A stretch of DNA of 64,000 nucleotides from Acidobacteriota bacterium. Its GTDB lineage: Bacteria > Acidobacteriota > CAIWXX01. Every line of letters starts with the position of its first letter. The stretch's first letter is position 1. A model generated the notes under the pieces. That model made no database searches and was not told the origin of the DNA. It saw nothing but the letters and a program-made list of their open reading frames with translations. Location: the NCBI GenBank assembly GCA_040755995.1, contig JBFMAF010000035.1, positions 64,001 to 128,000 of the forward strand, written 5' to 3'. A program made the translations under genes and the position numbers. Below are positions 59,941-64,000 of this stretch, in pieces.

Positions 59941-60795
59941 TCACGCCGCGGGTGCCAGGGCATGAAACCCTGCGGCGACGGCCCGGCTTATGTTGGAGAT
60001 CAGGTCGCCCCTGGCGTTGACCGCGTACAGGTGAGCCGTGAGCGCCCACAACTCCCGCTCCACCCGCCGCGGCTCGATCTCAACACCTCCACCGCGCCGC
60101 TCGAGCTCCGCAACGAGCATCGGCAGGATCTTGTCCGTCAGACGCAGCGCCGTGTCCACCACGAACAGCGAGACGTGAGGACGCAGACGGCCGACACGGT
60201 CGAAGAAGGCGCAGATCTCCGGCGCGGTGATGTTTCTCGGGGGCGAAGACTTGAGCTCGATATACACGAGCTTCCCTTCGGCCGCGGCGACCACGTCAAG
60301 GTCGCCGCCAACGCCCTTTGCGTGGGTCTTGAGGCCGCTGGCGACGTCAAACTGCAGACGCCGTCGCAGCTCGCGAGCTACGTACCACTCGAGCGTACCC
60401 CCGAAGCTCCTCGCGCCCCGAATCAACCGGTACCGATCTGTGGACAGGCGGGATGCCAGACCTGCCTTGACGAGCCACTCGGCGTACGCGCGGGACTGGG
60501 GCGCCTGGAGGTAGCGCGTCGTCTCTCCAGGGCGAAATCCTTCCCATCTCTGGATCGCCCCGCGCAGGAAGAGCCTGAACGCGTAGCTGTCGAGCTGCCG
60601 CGCGAGCTGGTCTGCGGCAGCCTCGTCCAGGTCTGGCGAAAACGGGATGTCGGGCGGGGTGGGCCGGGGCCGCAGGCCTCGTCTGACCAGCATCGCGAGC
60701 GCTTCACCCGGAAGAGCAGCGGCGCGGGCAGGCCGCGGCGGAGCTGCCGCGGCAGCGGCGGCCTCAAGCTCGCGTGCTGTCCGGCCTCTACTCAT
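59941..60795 (-). CDS. PD-(D/E)XK nuclease-like domain protein
   Basis: GGTLEWYV..GDLDVV..GKLVYIELKS. Confidence 0.75.
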   Translation of the reverse strand: MSRGRTARELEAAAAAAAPPRPARAAALPGEALAMLVRRGLRPRPTPPDIPFSPDLDEAAADQLARQLDSYAFRLFLRGAIQRWEGFRPGETTRYLQAPQSRAYAEWLVKAGLASRLSTDRYRLIRGARSFGGTLEWYVARELRRRLQFDVASGLKTHAKGVGGDLDVVAAAEGKLVYIELKSSPPRNITAPEICAFFDRVGRLRPHVSLFVVDTALRLTDKILPMLVAELERRGGGVEIEPRRVERELWALTAHLYAVNARGDLISNISRAVAAGFHALAPAA

Positions 60796-60828
60796 CGACG
60801 GCCGGCGATGATCGCGCCGAGAAGGCGG

Positions 60829-60868
60829 TCTCCACTCTCCACTCTCCGCTCTCTACTTTCTACTCTCC
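60829..60868 (+). repeat. intergenic heptamer array TCTCYAC x5
   Basis: TCTCCAC TCTCCAC TCTCCGC TCTCTAC TTTCTAC TCTCC. Confidence 0.85.
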
Positions 60869-60929
60869 GGGCGGGGCGCGGCTGACGCAGCCTCGCATGG
60901 TTCATCGGCCTGAGGCCGTGCCACGCCAG

Positions 60930-61418
60930 CTACTGCCCGCCGGCCTCCCGGATGATCGTGGCTATGTCGGGCCGGTTGCACCGGTCCGCGGCGGCAATCG
61001 GAGTAAGACCCTCGTTGTCACGGGCGTTCACGTCTGCGCCTTTTGCGATCAGGAGCTTCACCATCTCCACGTTCTTCTCGTACCACACCCCGCTGGGATC
61101 GGAGCACGCTGCGGCGATCAGCGCAGTTCGCCCGTATCGATTCCGCGCGTTGACGTCCGTGCCAGCTGCGAGGTAAGCCCGCACGGCCTCCATGTCGCAC
61201 ATGAAAGCACAGTACACGAAGTTCGTGTCGCTGACCTCATCGATCCTTCCCGAATCCTTCAGCTTCTGTAACCTGGCGCGGGCTGCCTCTGGATCCTCTT
61301 TCACCTGGCAGGCCGGAATCAACGTCGCGATCGAGGCCAGACACAGGATAGCCAAACCAGTGCTCCTCACAGCATCCTCCCATCGTTTAATCCGTTGTCG
61401 ACTTGTGACGCGCTGCAT
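60930..61418 (-). CDS. ankyrin repeat protein, probable lipoprotein
   Basis: Hydrophobic stretch ending IPAC; DVNARN..GRTALIAA, LIAKGADVNA. Confidence 0.82.
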   Translation of the reverse strand: MQRVTSRQRIKRWEDAVRSTGLAILCLASIATLIPACQVKEDPEAARARLQKLKDSGRIDEVSDTNFVYCAFMCDMEAVRAYLAAGTDVNARNRYGRTALIAAACSDPSGVWYEKNVEMVKLLIAKGADVNARDNEGLTPIAAADRCNRPDIATIIREAGGQ

Positions 61419-61421
61419 AGC

Positions 61422-61814
61422 CTACTCGCCGAGAAAGTCGCGGATCTTCGAGAGCAGCGTCGCACTGTCGATCGGCTTGGTGACATAGTCGTCGCAGCCG
61501 CTCTGAAACCCCGTCTTCACATCCGCCGCCTGGCCGAGCGTCGTCACCATGATGATGGGAATGCTCTTGGTGGCCTTCAGCTTCCTGATCTCGCGACATG
61601 CTTCGAACCCCGTGATCTTGGGCATCACGACATCCATCAGGATGAGATCGGGCGACTCGGCCGCCGCCTTCCGTACTGCCTCCTCGCCATCGCTCGCGGT
61701 GATGACCTGGTAGTGACCCGACTTGAGGATCATGCACTCCATCAACAGGACTGTCTTCGAGTCGTCCACCACAAGGATCTTCTTGCGCCCCTTGTCGGTC
61801 TCAGTCCCAGTCAT
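61422..61814 (-). CDS. single-domain response regulator
   Basis: VVDDS, ILMDVVMP, MVTT, YVTKP. Confidence 0.95.
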   Translation of the reverse strand: MTGTETDKGRKKILVVDDSKTVLLMECMILKSGHYQVITASDGEEAVRKAAAESPDLILMDVVMPKITGFEACREIRKLKATKSIPIIMVTTLGQAADVKTGFQSGCDDYVTKPIDSATLLSKIRDFLGE

Positions 61815-61901
61815 CGTTCCACTCCTCTATCCCGTTGCCAGACCGCTCGCATCTACGGTCCCGCCCCCGCCCGCCCGTGAGCTTCTGATCAACATGTATG
61901 C

Positions 61902-61930
61902 AATCTAGAATCATTGCGGGTAGTTGTCAA
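61902..61930 (-). promoter_or_regulatory. sigma-70-like promoter for response regulator
   Basis: Minus strand TTGACA-17 bp-TAGATT. Confidence 0.55.
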
Positions 61931-61959
61931 CCGCGCAGAATGCAGAAAGCAGTTGACAG

Positions 61960-63069
61960 CTAAGGCAGGAACTGATCGGTCCTCTTGAGTTTCTTCGGCA
62001 GGTATTCGTCGATGACGTAGTTGAGCCCGTGCTTTGCCAAAGCCTGTTGCTCGGCGCGCACGCCCATCTTCATGAGCAGCTCGATTGCATGCTGCCAGCT
62101 CTTGTGGTGCCGGAAGAAAGGGTCGTTCTTCAGCGCATCCCGTGCGCGCTTGACGTCGACGTCCTTGAGTGGGTGCGTCGGCAGCTTGTAGTCGGTGATA
62201 TCCTGAGGGGTGACGCCAAGGAACCGGGCCTGCGGCACACAGAAGAACCGGTTCAGGTGGGCGTTGTTGCCCGATCCGACCTTGAGCGTGCGGTATATGT
62301 TGCCGATGCCGTAAGGATCGCAGTCTACGAAGACGTAGACGGGGATCTTCCGGGAGTCCGCGAGGCGGCGGATGAATCGCCGGACGGCGCGGGTAGGCAC
62401 GCCGTTCATGGAGACCAGGATGCATTTCGCCGTCTTCCAGAACTTGTGATAGTTCAGCCGCTCGAACATGCCGCTGGTCTCGATCGCGAGAACGAAGTCT
62501 GCCTTCGTCTTGAACTCGAGATGCTCGACAGCGGACGGGATGGCGTAGGACCCGGAGCCGAAGCGTGTGCAATCGATTTCGATCCTGCGAGTCGTTCCCG
62601 GCTCGTGGTCGACAACGATCAGCTCGCCCGCTACACTCCCCCCGTGCTCATCCGGCCTGAACCCGAGCTGCTCCTTGTTGAGCGCGAAGTAGGCTTCGAT
62701 GTCGTCCATGATGGTGTCGGACTCGTCCTGTTCGTCGCATCGCGCCTCTTCCCAGTTCTTCGTCTGGTAGTAAGCGTCTCGCTTGGTGGCGAAGGTGTCC
62801 ATCTCGATGAGGCTCTTGGAGAGGGCGATCATGCGCAGCGTCTGGGCGAAGTTCTTGACGGTGGAGACGCTCAGCGTCCGTTCCTTCTTGAGCCCCGCCA
62901 TCTCCAGGTACCCTTTCGACGGGTGGTACCGGACGTTGGCCAGCGATCTGACCGGGAATTGCATGGACGGCTTCTTGCGCGCCAGGATCTTCCGGTAAAT
63001 CCCGTCGCTCGACGCCTTGATGCGGCGAACGACTTCGCCGTTGTCGCCCGACTTGCGGCTGCTCATCAC
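61960..63069 (-). CDS. top6A: DNA topoisomerase VI subunit A (Spo11 family)
   Basis: TKRDAYY (catalytic Tyr region), QDESD..DDIE, LAIET.GMF.RL, GVPTRA, DCDPYG, AEQQAL. Confidence 0.95.
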   Translation of the reverse strand: MMSSRKSGDNGEVVRRIKASSDGIYRKILARKKPSMQFPVRSLANVRYHPSKGYLEMAGLKKERTLSVSTVKNFAQTLRMIALSKSLIEMDTFATKRDAYYQTKNWEEARCDEQDESDTIMDDIEAYFALNKEQLGFRPDEHGGSVAGELIVVDHEPGTTRRIEIDCTRFGSGSYAIPSAVEHLEFKTKADFVLAIETSGMFERLNYHKFWKTAKCILVSMNGVPTRAVRRFIRRLADSRKIPVYVFVDCDPYGIGNIYRTLKVGSGNNAHLNRFFCVPQARFLGVTPQDITDYKLPTHPLKDVDVKRARDALKNDPFFRHHKSWQHAIELLMKMGVRAEQQALAKHGLNYVIDEYLPKKLKRTDQFLP

Positions 63070-63160
63070 TCACCCCCGCGACAGGCCCCATGGGCCCTGC
63101 GCTCGTGAACGGGTCCGCCGCGACGCCTGCTGCGGGGGCTCTCAACCACGTCTCTGCCCT

Positions 63161-64000
<840 letters not shown>

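Overview
GC-rich bacterial chromosome window; gene content is compatible with Acidobacteriota, but this is not provable from sequence alone. Housekeeping blocks (pgk-tpiA-secG, mazG, SDR; MBL hydrolase, DUF47-Pit, M13 peptidase, CocE/NonD, tex, TetR, topoisomerase VI subunit A, isocitrate dehydrogenase-family gene) flank a roughly 27-kb accessory island at about 8.8-35.9 kb. The island holds (i) an operon with a sigma-54-type promoter encoding a divergent ClpA-like protein (decayed first AAA ring, altered second ring, intact ClpP-docking IGF loop), a CbbQ/NorQ-type MoxR AAA+ protein with a non-canonical Walker B, a NorD/CobT-type vWA protein and a 370-aa orphan, facing an atypical enhancer-binding protein; and (ii) three NLR-like STAND NTPases (two DUF4062-NTPase-TPR, one Zn-TIR-NTPase-WD40-Zn), ankyrin proteins, a secreted Ig/IPT protein with a second sigma-54 promoter, and decayed TIR, DUF433/DUF5615, NUDIX and RyR fragments. 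The Clp-MoxR-vWA operon is the best candidate for an undescribed system. Other notable items are a KaiC/RAD55-like ATPase with a Met-rich tail encoded upstream of an ATP-dependent DNA ligase, a top6A with no adjacent top6B, and a four-helix-bundle gene bracketed by inverted heptamer arrays. No rRNA, tRNA, CRISPR array, integrase or transposase was recognised. All family assignments come from motif recognition by eye, not database searches.
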